Source: Myxococcota bacterium
GTDB taxonomy: Bacteria > Myxococcota_A > UBA9160 > UBA4427
Length of the DNA: 64,000 nt
Reading direction: 5' to 3'
Assembly: GCA_036336835.1 (NCBI GenBank)
Contig: JAYZFK010000093.1
Location: 20,098-84,097 of the forward strand
Under the pieces are notes generated by a model. That model was not told the origin of the DNA. It did no database searches and worked only from the letters and a program-made list of their open reading frames with translations. Below, one piece after another: positions 39,933 through 48,992 of the stretch. Position numbers and translations under genes: made by a program. The number at the start of each line of letters is the position of its first letter. The stretch's first letter is position 1.

Positions 39933-42347
39933 CTAGGGTTGCTCGAGCCGAGCGAGTTCGGCGACGGCGGCATCGGACTCGGGGAATGCATCGGCAGCGA
40001 CGGCCTTGCGCAGCACCTCGATCGCCTCACTCGTCTTGCCCTGCTGGGCGAGCGCGAGGCCGAGGTGATACTGCAACGACGGGCTCTCTCCCGCGGCATT
40101 GATGGCGCGTACGAATGTCTGCTCGGCCTGGTCGGCATCGCCGCGTTTGAGGCGGACCCAGCCAAGCGTGTCGAGCGTTGCCCCGTTCGTGGACACTCGG
40201 ACGGCGCGGCGGGCAAGCTCGAGCGCGCGCTCGAGATCGCCACCGGTGTCCACCAGCAGCCATGCCAGGTCGTTGCAGGCGCCGGCGTGGGCCGGCTCGG
40301 TCTCGACTGTCTCGCGGAGTCGCGCCATGGCGCCGTCGCGGTCACCGGTCGCAAGTAAAACCTGTGCCCCGCGGTAGAGGTACTCGCCGATCGATGGATC
40401 GAGCTTTGCGGCGGCATCGAAGTGGCTGAGTGCTCCGGCGTAGTCTCCCCTCGACATCGCGACCAGGCCGAGGCCTTCCTGCGGGGCGGCTGCCTCGGGA
40501 GCGAGCGCCGCAGCTTGCTCGAACTCGGTCGCAGCGTCGTCGATGCGGGAAAGCTGCAGCAGGACGCGGCCGACCAGATCGTGCGCCAGAGCGTCGTCCG
40601 GTGCGCTGGCCAGATTGACCCGCGCGCGGGCCAGCGCGTCTTCAGTGCGGCCTGCCTCGCTGAGCAAGCCCACGAGCACGCGCTGCACCTCGGCGGAGGC
40701 CACCGCTTCGGGGTGCTCGGCGCCGGCGAGCTCGATGGCTTCGACCGCTTGCTCGGCACCGTGGGCCTGACCGGCGGCGCTGGCCAGCTCGGCCAGGGCG
40801 GTCGCCTCGTGTCCGGGCTGGCTCATCAGCTGTTGGAGCGCGCTGGCCGCGCTCTCATGGTCGGCCTGGGCCGTCGCGGAGCGTGCGACGAGGACGTGTC
40901 CGGCGGCTCCCGAGAACGGCCGCTTGTTGATGTGAGTCCTGGCAAAGTCCAGTGCTGCGCGGTATTCGGCGCGTGCGTAGTGGATTTCTGCAAGCCGCAG
41001 CGCGGCATCCGTGCGCCCGGGGTCATTGCGGATCGCTTCGCGGTACTCCGCCATCGCGCGCGGCTGGTCATCCAGCTGCTCCGCGGCGACGCCTGTCAGA
41101 TACCGCGCGCTCGCGTTGTTGGGCCAACGGCGCAGGCCCGACTCGAAGTATTCGAGTGCGCCCTTCGGGTCGTTCTCCTTCAGCGCGATGGCTCCGCGAA
41201 GCAGCTGGCTGTACGCCGGCTCGTCCAGCTCGCCCGCAATCTGTCGGGCGCCGTCGAGATCACCACTCTCGATATACAGATCGGCGAGCTCGTAGCGAAG
41301 CGGGGAGGTGTCTCCGGGTGTTCGCTCGATCGCCTGCTCGAGTGCCTCCCGCGCCGACGCGATCTCACCCGAGTTGCGCCGGAAGGTGGCCATTGCGCGC
41401 CATGCCGAGGCCGAGTCGAACAGTTCCACCATCTCTGCGAGGACGGCCTCGGCTTCGTCGGTGCGTTCATCCAGACGAAGCAGCTCGGCGAGCCGAACGC
41501 GTAGCGCTCCGTCCTCGGGCTCTTCGTCGACCGCTGCGCGCCACATCTCGACGGCGCTGGCGAACTCGCGCTGGTCCACGAAGTGATCGGTCGCTTGCTT
41601 GCGTACTACGGCATCCGCCGGATAGCGCTCGACGCACGTCCGGAACGTCTCGCTGGCCCGGCTGGGGCGGTCGGTCCTCGCGAGCAACACACCGCGCGCC
41701 ACGCACGCGCGCGCGGCTTGATTTTGATCTCCGGCCTCGCTGGCGATCTCCTCGACCTCGAGCTGGACGGCTTCGGCCTCGTCGAGACGATCGAGGTCGG
41801 CCAATGCAGCCGAACGCAGGATCATCGCACGCGGGTCGCTGGGGTTGAGCGCGCGCAGGCGGTCCGCGTCGTCGAGGGCGGCTTCGGGCATGGCTCCTGA
41901 GATGTTGGCGTTGGCTCGACCCCACAGGGCCATCTCGTTGTCGGGGTTGGTTGCCAGCACCCGATCGGCGACCCGCACGGCCTCCTCGTAGTCCTGCGTG
42001 TTGAGCAGGGCGTTGATCAACAAGATCCCGGCCGCCAGTCCGTGCGCCTCCGAGTCGAGGGCCTTCTGGAGCGGCCAGATCGAGAGACTCTGTCGTCCCG
42101 TACGGACCAGCGCGAGGCCGAGGCGGAAGTTCACCTCGGGGTGCGAGGAATTGGTGGTGACGAGTCCGCGCAGCGGCTCGATCGACGCCTCGAACTCACC
42201 GGCCTCCTGCAGCGACCGGATCTCGGCCAGGCGAGACTCGACGTCGCCCTGGCAGGCGACCGACGCTGCGAGGACCAGGCTGAGAAGCACCGTCAGCCAC
42301 TGAGGCTTGCTGGCTCGAAGGCAGGATGCGGAGCGGCCCGGATACAT
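39933..42347 (-). CDS. Large TPR-repeat lipoprotein (PrsT-like)
   Basis: ATG 42347 with GGAGG RBS; lipobox SVAC; CNDLAWLL, LDTLGWV, LQYHLGLALA. Confidence 0.8.
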   Translation of the reverse strand: MYPGRSASCLRASKPQWLTVLLSLVLAASVACQGDVESRLAEIRSLQEAGEFEASIEPLRGLVTTNSSHPEVNFRLGLALVRTGRQSLSIWPLQKALDSEAHGLAAGILLINALLNTQDYEEAVRVADRVLATNPDNEMALWGRANANISGAMPEAALDDADRLRALNPSDPRAMILRSAALADLDRLDEAEAVQLEVEEIASEAGDQNQAARACVARGVLLARTDRPSRASETFRTCVERYPADAVVRKQATDHFVDQREFASAVEMWRAAVDEEPEDGALRVRLAELLRLDERTDEAEAVLAEMVELFDSASAWRAMATFRRNSGEIASAREALEQAIERTPGDTSPLRYELADLYIESGDLDGARQIAGELDEPAYSQLLRGAIALKENDPKGALEYFESGLRRWPNNASARYLTGVAAEQLDDQPRAMAEYREAIRNDPGRTDAALRLAEIHYARAEYRAALDFARTHINKRPFSGAAGHVLVARSATAQADHESAASALQQLMSQPGHEATALAELASAAGQAHGAEQAVEAIELAGAEHPEAVASAEVQRVLVGLLSEAGRTEDALARARVNLASAPDDALAHDLVGRVLLQLSRIDDAATEFEQAAALAPEAAAPQEGLGLVAMSRGDYAGALSHFDAAAKLDPSIGEYLYRGAQVLLATGDRDGAMARLRETVETEPAHAGACNDLAWLLVDTGGDLERALELARRAVRVSTNGATLDTLGWVRLKRGDADQAEQTFVRAINAAGESPSLQYHLGLALAQQGKTSEAIEVLRKAVAADAFPESDAAVAELARLEQP

Positions 42348-42647
42348 GGCGCGAGGGACCTCCATTGGGGGGCGAAAGGCCGCCGATCCTAGTGCGAATC
42401 TGTGGCGCTTCCAAGCGTTCACAGGGTGTCTCTCCGGCGGCCCGGTCGATCTCCGCGCAGCCCGAGAAGGTGAAGACTTCCGGCAAGATAGGAACCGCGG
42501 CCGGTCGCCTCCGGGCTGACGAGCACGCGGCCTCGAGGAAGCGATCGTGACGAGTGGAACAAGATTTCCTAATATCGCGAGACCTTTTCCTCGGCGCCTC
42601 TCGGAAGCTAGCGGAACGAGTCCGGAACATGCCAGAAAGCTCTGTTT

Positions 42648-42660
42648 TTTCAACTGGTTG
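42648..42660 (+). promoter_or_regulatory. Putative IHF binding site
   Basis: TTTCAACTGGTTG versus WATCAANNNNTTR (1 mismatch), preceded by a T-tract, about 27 bp upstream of the sigma54 -24 element. Confidence 0.5.
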
Positions 42661-42685
42661 AGCGACCGGGTGCCTGCGGTGAGAG

Positions 42686-42702
42686 CTGGCATCTAGTTTG
42701 CA
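42686..42702 (+). promoter_or_regulatory. Sigma54 (-24/-12) promoter of the PEP-CTERM gene
   Basis: CTGGCATCTAGTTTGCA: GG (42688-9), N10, GC (42700-1), matching TGGCAC-N5-TTGCW. Confidence 0.8.
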
Positions 42703-42783
42703 CTTCTCTCGACTGATCGTCCGCGCGCGGCGTGGCCACCGTCGCCACCTGCCGCGGACCACAAACATAGGATGCTGATAGAC

Positions 42784-43692
42784 ATGCGATTACTCGTTGT
42801 ATTAGTAGCCAGTGCGGCTCTGTTGGTTTCTTCGGTCGCCAACGCGCACATCTTCGATCCCAAGGGAAGCTTCTTCGAGGTCCGGATTGGTGGGGGCGGC
42901 GGCCGCAACCAGGTTGCTGGTGGCGCTTCTGCCGGCGGCAACGCGTCGCTGACAGGCGGCGCGGGTGCCGAGATCATCGTGACCCTGGCCAAGGGCATGG
43001 GGAAGCCGAACCTCTTCCAGGCCGAGGGTCGGGAGCAGGGGACCCAGTTCCTCACCGGCACGCCGACGATCTTGAACCTGTTCTTCACGCTCCAGTACGG
43101 AGCCGCGACGTTCACCCACGGCGTGGGCAAGGGCACCTTCCAGGGCGATGTGGTCTGCACGACCGCGTGCTTCGGTGGCGCGGGTACCCTCCTCGGTCAG
43201 GTGCTCGTCGATGTCGGTATCCCGGTTGCGGTTCCGGTGAGCAATATCGGAGTTGGCGGCAAGGTGACGGTGGCATTGGCCCTGTCCTCGATCGCCAATG
43301 AGGGCGCTCAGTGGTTCACCGGTACCCAGACGATGACGAATGTGGCCACGAACCACATCATGATCACGAACGGGACGCGCGCTGGTGTCACGGGCATCGG
43401 CTTTACGCTGTTGGCGAGCGTTAACGAGAACGTCCTGATCCTTGCCGAGAACGGCGTGACGGTCGTGACGGTGGCAGGAACGACCGGCTTCGCGACGGGT
43501 ACGTCCGGCGTGCAACAGGTGACGTTGGTCTCACCGGTGCACATCAACGCCTCCACGGTGACCGGCAACCCGCCGCTCCCGGGCGCCGGCGTCATGATTC
43601 TCAAGTACGTCCCCGAGCCCGGCACGCTGCTGTTGCTCGGTTCGGCGGTTGCCGGCCTGCTGGTCGTCGGCCGCAAGCGGATGAAGCGCTGA
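42784..43692 (+). CDS. PEP-CTERM sorting-domain surface protein
   Basis: Sec signal peptide (..SSVANA), Gly/Thr-rich body, C-terminal VPEPGTLLLLGSAVAGLLVVGRKRMKR. Alternative start 42772. Confidence 0.93.
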   Translation: MRLLVVLVASAALLVSSVANAHIFDPKGSFFEVRIGGGGGRNQVAGGASAGGNASLTGGAGAEIIVTLAKGMGKPNLFQAEGREQGTQFLTGTPTILNLFFTLQYGAATFTHGVGKGTFQGDVVCTTACFGGAGTLLGQVLVDVGIPVAVPVSNIGVGGKVTVALALSSIANEGAQWFTGTQTMTNVATNHIMITNGTRAGVTGIGFTLLASVNENVLILAENGVTVVTVAGTTGFATGTSGVQQVTLVSPVHINASTVTGNPPLPGAGVMILKYVPEPGTLLLLGSAVAGLLVVGRKRMKR

Positions 43693-43727
43693 GTCATCTG
43701 ACCTAGCGCTGCATCTGCGGCATCTTC

Positions 43728-43759
43728 GGGCGGCCACCTTCGGGTGGCCGCCCTTTTTT
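43728..43759 (+). terminator. Rho-independent terminator of the PEP-CTERM gene
   Basis: GGGCGGCCACC-TTCG-GGTGGCCGCCC-TTTTTT. Confidence 0.92.
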
Positions 43760-43790
43760 GTGCCGTGCCGCGAGCGGCGGAGTCACCAGC

Positions 43791-45446
43791 ATGAGCGCTA
43801 CCCCGAAGGGATGGCTCTTCGGACCCGGGTCGGACCTGCTGCTCGGCTGCGGCGGTGCGTATCTGCTGATTGCGGCGGTCCATCTCACGCTCGGCGAGGC
43901 GGTGGCGGGCGGCGTACCGGGCGGCATGCTGATCCTGCTCTTCTCGCTGCCCCACTACGGCGCGACGCTGGTACGCGTCTATGAGTCCTCGCAGGACCGG
44001 GCTCGTTACCGGGTCTTCGCGCTACACGCGACGCTGGCGCTCGTCGCGCTACTGGCGGTAAGCCTGCACACCGCGCTGGTGGGCTCGCTCGTTCTCACCC
44101 TGTACCTGACATGGAGCCCCTGGCACTACACGGGCCAGAACTACGGCATCGCGCTGATACTGCTGGTGCGACGCGGCGTCGAGGTCACGCCGGCAACCAA
44201 GCGCTGGGTCCGCGGGTCGTTCGTGGCCTCCTACGGTCTGGCTGTTCTGGCGATGCACGGCGCGCAGCCCGGTGCACTGTACGCACCCGTCAGCTCCGCC
44301 GGCGAGAGTGTCCGTCTGCTCCCGCTCGGGATCCCGTACTGGCTGGCTTCGCCGATGATGGCGCTGCTGATGGCCGGCTACGTCCTCGCACTGGGCGTAT
44401 CGCTGTTCCGTCTGATCCGAGCGGGTGGCGTCCGGGCCGTCGCTCCGGCGGCCCTGCTGGTGGCGACCCAGGCGGTCTGGTTCTCGCTGCCCGTGATGCT
44501 GCGGATGAGCGGAGTGATTGCCGAGGCGCCGGGCCTGGCGAGCCCGTTCTCCTCGTACGGCTTCCTGTGGGTCGCCTCGGCCCATGCGGTGCAGTACCTG
44601 TGGATCACGGTTTACTACGCGACCGCGCGAGACGGGCGGGGCAGGGCCGCCTTCCTCGGCAAGGCCGTGCTCGCGGGCTTTGCCGTCTGGATCCTGCCGG
44701 GCCTGCTCTTTGCGCCCGGACTGCTCGGAGGCATGACGTACGACTCCGGGCTCGCGTTGATGGTTGCTTCGGTCGTCAACCTTCACCACTTCGTGCTGGA
44801 CGGGGTGATCTGGAAGCTGCGCGACGGCCGGGTCGCCAGGGTGCTGCTTCGCGTGTCTCGGGCCGGTGGCGAGGCTCGCGTGGACACGGAATCGAGGGGC
44901 CGTCCGCTCGCGCGCTGGATCGTATCGGGGGTGGGCGCGATGAGTATCGCGATCGCCGGAGTCGGCTTCTGGGAGAGCGAGTTCGGCTTTCAGCGCGCGC
45001 TGGCCCGCGGCGATCTGTCGCGCGCCGAGCAGGCGATCGAGCGCTTCGCCTGGATCGCCCGCGACGGCGCTCCCAAGCGTGTCCAGCTCGCTCGCGAGCT
45101 GGCGAGTGCGGGTGACTATGCTCGCGCATCGCATCAGCTAGAGCGGGGTCTCGAGCTCGAGGCGAGCGCGGTTGGCCGCCATCTGCTCGGGCTCGTGCGC
45201 GAGCACCAGGGACGCTGGGGCGAGGCGCTCGCCGAGTACGACGCGGCGCTCGAGCTCGAGCCGGAGCGCTCGGCGACGCTCGAGCGCCGGGCGCGTGTGC
45301 AGATCGAGCTGGGCGAGCCGGCCCGGGCTTTGGAGCAGCTCGAGCAGATCGTCGAGCGCGAGCCGGCCAACGAGCAGGCGCGCCAACTACTCGTGCGCGC
45401 TCGGCTCGCTCTGCGCGCGCAGCGCGAACCGAGCGCGTTAGAGTAA
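43791..45446 (+). CDS. Uncharacterised multi-pass membrane protein with His motifs and C-terminal TPRs
   Basis: PHYGAT, WHYTGQNYG, HAVQYL, HHFVLDGVIWKLR in the TM region; TPR repeats at the C-terminus. Confidence 0.7.
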   Translation: MSATPKGWLFGPGSDLLLGCGGAYLLIAAVHLTLGEAVAGGVPGGMLILLFSLPHYGATLVRVYESSQDRARYRVFALHATLALVALLAVSLHTALVGSLVLTLYLTWSPWHYTGQNYGIALILLVRRGVEVTPATKRWVRGSFVASYGLAVLAMHGAQPGALYAPVSSAGESVRLLPLGIPYWLASPMMALLMAGYVLALGVSLFRLIRAGGVRAVAPAALLVATQAVWFSLPVMLRMSGVIAEAPGLASPFSSYGFLWVASAHAVQYLWITVYYATARDGRGRAAFLGKAVLAGFAVWILPGLLFAPGLLGGMTYDSGLALMVASVVNLHHFVLDGVIWKLRDGRVARVLLRVSRAGGEARVDTESRGRPLARWIVSGVGAMSIAIAGVGFWESEFGFQRALARGDLSRAEQAIERFAWIARDGAPKRVQLARELASAGDYARASHQLERGLELEASAVGRHLLGLVREHQGRWGEALAEYDAALELEPERSATLERRARVQIELGEPARALEQLEQIVEREPANEQARQLLVRARLALRAQREPSALE

Positions 45447-45451
45447 GGGGA

Positions 45452-46852
45452 GTGCGCGGGCTCCTCGACTCACCGTGGTTCTATTTCAGCCTCGCGGCCG
45501 TGTTGGCAATTGGCGCGGTGGCGTCGCAGTTCCGGTACAGCTCGCCGCCGAAGCCCGCCGGAACGTTCGATCAGATCGCGACGCTGGCGGAGCGCGGGGA
45601 CCTCAACGTCGTCTTCATCGTGGCGGACACTCTTCGCGCCGATCACCTCGGGATCTATGGCTACGAGCGGCCGACCAGCCCGCATATCGACCGTTTGGCC
45701 GAGCGGGGGATCCGCTTCGCCAACGTCGAGGCGCAGTCGAGCTGGACGAAGTCGTCGATGGCCTCGATCTGGACCGCGATGTACCCGCAACGCAACGGAA
45801 TCCACCGCTACGCGGACGGCATCCCGGAGCAAGCCTTGATGCCTGCCGAGATCTTCCGCGATGCCGGGTACGCGACGGCCGGCATCTACCGCAACAGCTG
45901 GGTCGGGCCGAATTTCGGCTTCGGCCAGGGCTTCCAGCGGTACGTGAAGTCGGCCCCTAGTTTCAACCGCGAGCGCCTGCAGGTCTCGAATCCGTCGGCT
46001 CAGGGTTTGACGGGCAGCGATCTCGACGTCACCGAGTCCGCGAGCGAGTTCATCGGGGCCAATTCGGACAACCGCTTTCTCCTGTACGTCCACTACATGG
46101 ACGTCCACCAGTACAGCTATGACTCGGACTCGGATCTGTTCGGCAGCGACTTCGGGGATCTCTACGACAACTCGATCCACTGGCTCGACATCAACGTCGA
46201 GCGGGTCGTGAAGACACTCGAGATCCTGGGCATCCTCGACAAGACGATCGTCGTGCTCACCTCCGATCACGGTGAGGGCTTTCGAGAGCACGGCTTCGAG
46301 GGCCACGCCAAGGGCCTCTACAAGGAAGTGCAGTTCACGCCGTGGCTGATCTCGCTGCCCTTCGACTTGCCGGAACCGATCGTCGTCGAGGCGCAAGTTG
46401 CGAGCATCGACATCTGGCCGACGTTGCTCGATCTCGTCGGTCTTCCTCCGCTGCACGATGCCGATGGCCTGTCGGCCGTGCCCGCGATCATGGCGGCCGC
46501 CGGCGGAGAGCCGGTGCCCGAAGCATTCCGCGATCGCGCGATCTTTGCGCAGATCGATCGACGCTGGGGCAAGGTAAATAAGCCAGACGATCCCTCGATT
46601 TCAATTGTGCGCGGGCCGCATCGGATGTATCGCTGGCTCCGACTGCCGGCGAGCGATGAGCTGTTCGACCACAGGGACGACCCCGTCGAGCTCGAGAACG
46701 TTCTGCAGGACCAGCCGGAGGTTGCAGAGGATCTTCGCGCGCAAATCGACGCATTCCTCGAAGACACCGAGCCGGCCTGGCAGACGCTGGATATCGAGCT
46801 CGACGCGATGCGGCTCAACCAGCTCCGTGCACTCGGCTACAAGATCGACTAG
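45452..46852 (+). CDS. Sulfatase-like membrane-anchored protein
   Basis: N-terminal TM; VADTLRADH, SWTKSSMASIWT, HYMDVHQY, TSDHGEGFREHG, LRALGY. Confidence 0.85.
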   Translation: MRGLLDSPWFYFSLAAVLAIGAVASQFRYSSPPKPAGTFDQIATLAERGDLNVVFIVADTLRADHLGIYGYERPTSPHIDRLAERGIRFANVEAQSSWTKSSMASIWTAMYPQRNGIHRYADGIPEQALMPAEIFRDAGYATAGIYRNSWVGPNFGFGQGFQRYVKSAPSFNRERLQVSNPSAQGLTGSDLDVTESASEFIGANSDNRFLLYVHYMDVHQYSYDSDSDLFGSDFGDLYDNSIHWLDINVERVVKTLEILGILDKTIVVLTSDHGEGFREHGFEGHAKGLYKEVQFTPWLISLPFDLPEPIVVEAQVASIDIWPTLLDLVGLPPLHDADGLSAVPAIMAAAGGEPVPEAFRDRAIFAQIDRRWGKVNKPDDPSISIVRGPHRMYRWLRLPASDELFDHRDDPVELENVLQDQPEVAEDLRAQIDAFLEDTEPAWQTLDIELDAMRLNQLRALGYKID

Positions 46853-46871
46853 CAGGTCGTTCGGGGTCGGA

Positions 46872-47975
46872 TCAGCCGCGGCGGTAGGTGGTCTCGAGCC
46901 GGCTGCGCTGGTCGTGGCGCTCGAGAGCGAGTTCGAGCAGGCGGTCGAGCAGAGCGGGATAGGGCAGGCCCGACGCCTCCCACATCAGCGGGAACATCGA
47001 GCTCTCCGTGAATCCGGGGAGGCTGTTGAGTTCGTTGATGTAGAGCTCACCGCTCGTGCGATCGAGCAGGAAGTCGACGCGCGCGAAGCCCTCGCCTTCG
47101 AGCGATGCATAGGCCTCGAGGGCCAGTGCGCAGATCCGCTCGGTCGTCGCCTCGTCGAGCGGCGCCGGGATCAGCAGCTCGGTCTCGTCGTCGGCGTACT
47201 TTGCCGCGTAGTCGTAGAAATCGTGGCGCTGGCGGATCTCGCCCGGCACCGACGCCCGGGGGTCTTCGTTGCCGATCACCGCGACCTCGATCTCGCGGGC
47301 GTCGATGGCCTGCTCGATCAGCACCTTGGTGTCGTAGCGTGCGGCCTCGGCTAGAGCGGCGTCGAGCTCGTCGGCGCTCGCCGGCTTCGAGGTCCCAACC
47401 GACGAGCCCGAATTTGCGGGCTTGACGAAGAGCGGGAAGCCGAAGCGGTCAAGGGCGGATCGCGCGGCGACCATGCGTTCGGTGGGCGACAGGTCGCGGC
47501 CGCGCAGCGTCTCCCACGGCACCACCGGCAATCCGGCGCCAGCGAGCAGGCGCTTGGCCAGGTCCTTGTCCATCTGGACTGCCGAGCCGAGCACCCGGGC
47601 GCCGACGTACGGGATCTCCGCGAGCTCGAGCATGCCCTGCAGCGTGCCGTCCTCGCCTCGTGTGCCGTGGATGATGGGGAAGATCACGTCGAGCTCGGGA
47701 GTCTGCTCGCCCCCGCCGACGACATCGGCGATCTCGACCAGCGTCCTCCGGCCCGGGGCCGAGGGCGGGGCGACCTCGGTGCCGCGTGTGGCGACCAGCT
47801 CGGGCGGGAGGTCGCCCCGCCCCAGGTGCCAGTGGCCGTCCGCATCGATGGCGATCAGCTGGACGTCGTAGCGCGACGGATCGAGCGCGCGGAGGATCGA
47901 CGTCGCGGACGCGACCGACACCTCGTGCTCGACCGAACGTCCGCCGAACAGCAGTCCCACGCGCAGCTTGGCCAT
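46872..47975 (-). CDS. ddl: D-alanine--D-alanine ligase
   Basis: FGGRSVEHEVS, HGTRGEDG, VKPANSGSSVG, FYDYAAKY, NELNSLPGFT. Confidence 0.95.
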   Translation of the reverse strand: MAKLRVGLLFGGRSVEHEVSVASATSILRALDPSRYDVQLIAIDADGHWHLGRGDLPPELVATRGTEVAPPSAPGRRTLVEIADVVGGGEQTPELDVIFPIIHGTRGEDGTLQGMLELAEIPYVGARVLGSAVQMDKDLAKRLLAGAGLPVVPWETLRGRDLSPTERMVAARSALDRFGFPLFVKPANSGSSVGTSKPASADELDAALAEAARYDTKVLIEQAIDAREIEVAVIGNEDPRASVPGEIRQRHDFYDYAAKYADDETELLIPAPLDEATTERICALALEAYASLEGEGFARVDFLLDRTSGELYINELNSLPGFTESSMFPLMWEASGLPYPALLDRLLELALERHDQRSRLETTYRRG

Positions 47976-48146
47976 ACGACTCCCCGGCTCGAAATCGACG
48001 GAGCGGATCGCCCGCCCCAGCATAGCCCGCGGCCCCCCGCGGCTGGAGACCCCCCGCGACCTCCTCTCTTTCCCTCGGCCGACGAGGTCCGAGCTTGACC
48101 AGCGTCCCGGTTGACCGCGTCGTAGCGACCTCTGTACCCTCGCCGT

Positions 48147-48992
48147 GTGTCCGCCATCCCTCCGGAACTGCTAGAAAAACGCGACGCGCTCGGGCAGCGG
48201 CTCGAGTCCGCGGAGAGGCTCCTGGTCGCCTTCTCGGGCGGGGTCGATTCGAGCTATCTGGCCTGGGCGGCCAGGCAGGCGCTGGGTGACGACGTGCTGG
48301 CCGTGACGGCGGTTTCGCCTTCCTACCCGGCCGATCACCGTGCGATGGCCGAACGCGTGGTGGGCGAGTTCGCGATTCCGCACCGCTTCATCGAGACGCG
48401 CGAGATGGAGAGCGAGGCCTATCGCCGCAACGCGCCCGACCGTTGCTACCACTGCAAGGCCGAGCTGTTCGAGCAGCTGGGGCGGCTCTGCCGGCAGCTG
48501 GAGTTCTCCGCGGTCGCCTATGGGGTCAACACCGACGACACCGGAGACTTTCGCCCCGGCCACCGCGCGGCCAACGAGCACGGGGTGCTGTCGCCGTTTC
48601 TCGACGTAGGGTTGTCGAAGCTCGAGATTCGGACGTTATCGCGAGAGGCCGGACTGCCGACGGCCGACCTGCCGGCCTCCGCCTGCTTGTCGTCGCGTCT
48701 GCCCTACGGGACCGAGGTGACCCGCGAGCGATTGCGTCAGGTGGAGCAGGGAGAGCAGCGGCTCCGGGAGCTGGGCTTCGCGCAGGTCCGGCTGCGCCAT
48801 CACGGAGCGCTCGCGCGGGTCGAGGTCGAGCCCAGCGAGCTGCCGAAGGCGCTCGACCCGGCGATGGCAAAGGCGATTGCGCGGGCGATCAAGCCGCTTG
48901 GCTTTCAGTTCGTGTCGCTCGACCTCGAGGGCTATCGCACCGGCTCGCTCAACGAGGTCTTGGCGATCGTACGCGATCCATCCGCCAGCTGA
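48147..48992 (+). CDS. larE: ATP-dependent sulfur transferase LarE family
   Basis: PP-loop SGGVDS, RCYHCK, DDTGDFRPG, SACLSSRLPYG, GYRTGSLN. Confidence 0.88.
   Translation: MSAIPPELLEKRDALGQRLESAERLLVAFSGGVDSSYLAWAARQALGDDVLAVTAVSPSYPADHRAMAERVVGEFAIPHRFIETREMESEAYRRNAPDRCYHCKAELFEQLGRLCRQLEFSAVAYGVNTDDTGDFRPGHRAANEHGVLSPFLDVGLSKLEIRTLSREAGLPTADLPASACLSSRLPYGTEVTRERLRQVEQGEQRLRELGFAQVRLRHHGALARVEVEPSELPKALDPAMAKAIARAIKPLGFQFVSLDLEGYRTGSLNEVLAIVRDPSAS

Noticed and set aside
42348..42692. N-terminal extension of the 919-aa TPR ORF
   Set aside because: It overlaps the sigma54/IHF regulatory region; the RBS and lipoprotein signal indicate a start at 42347.
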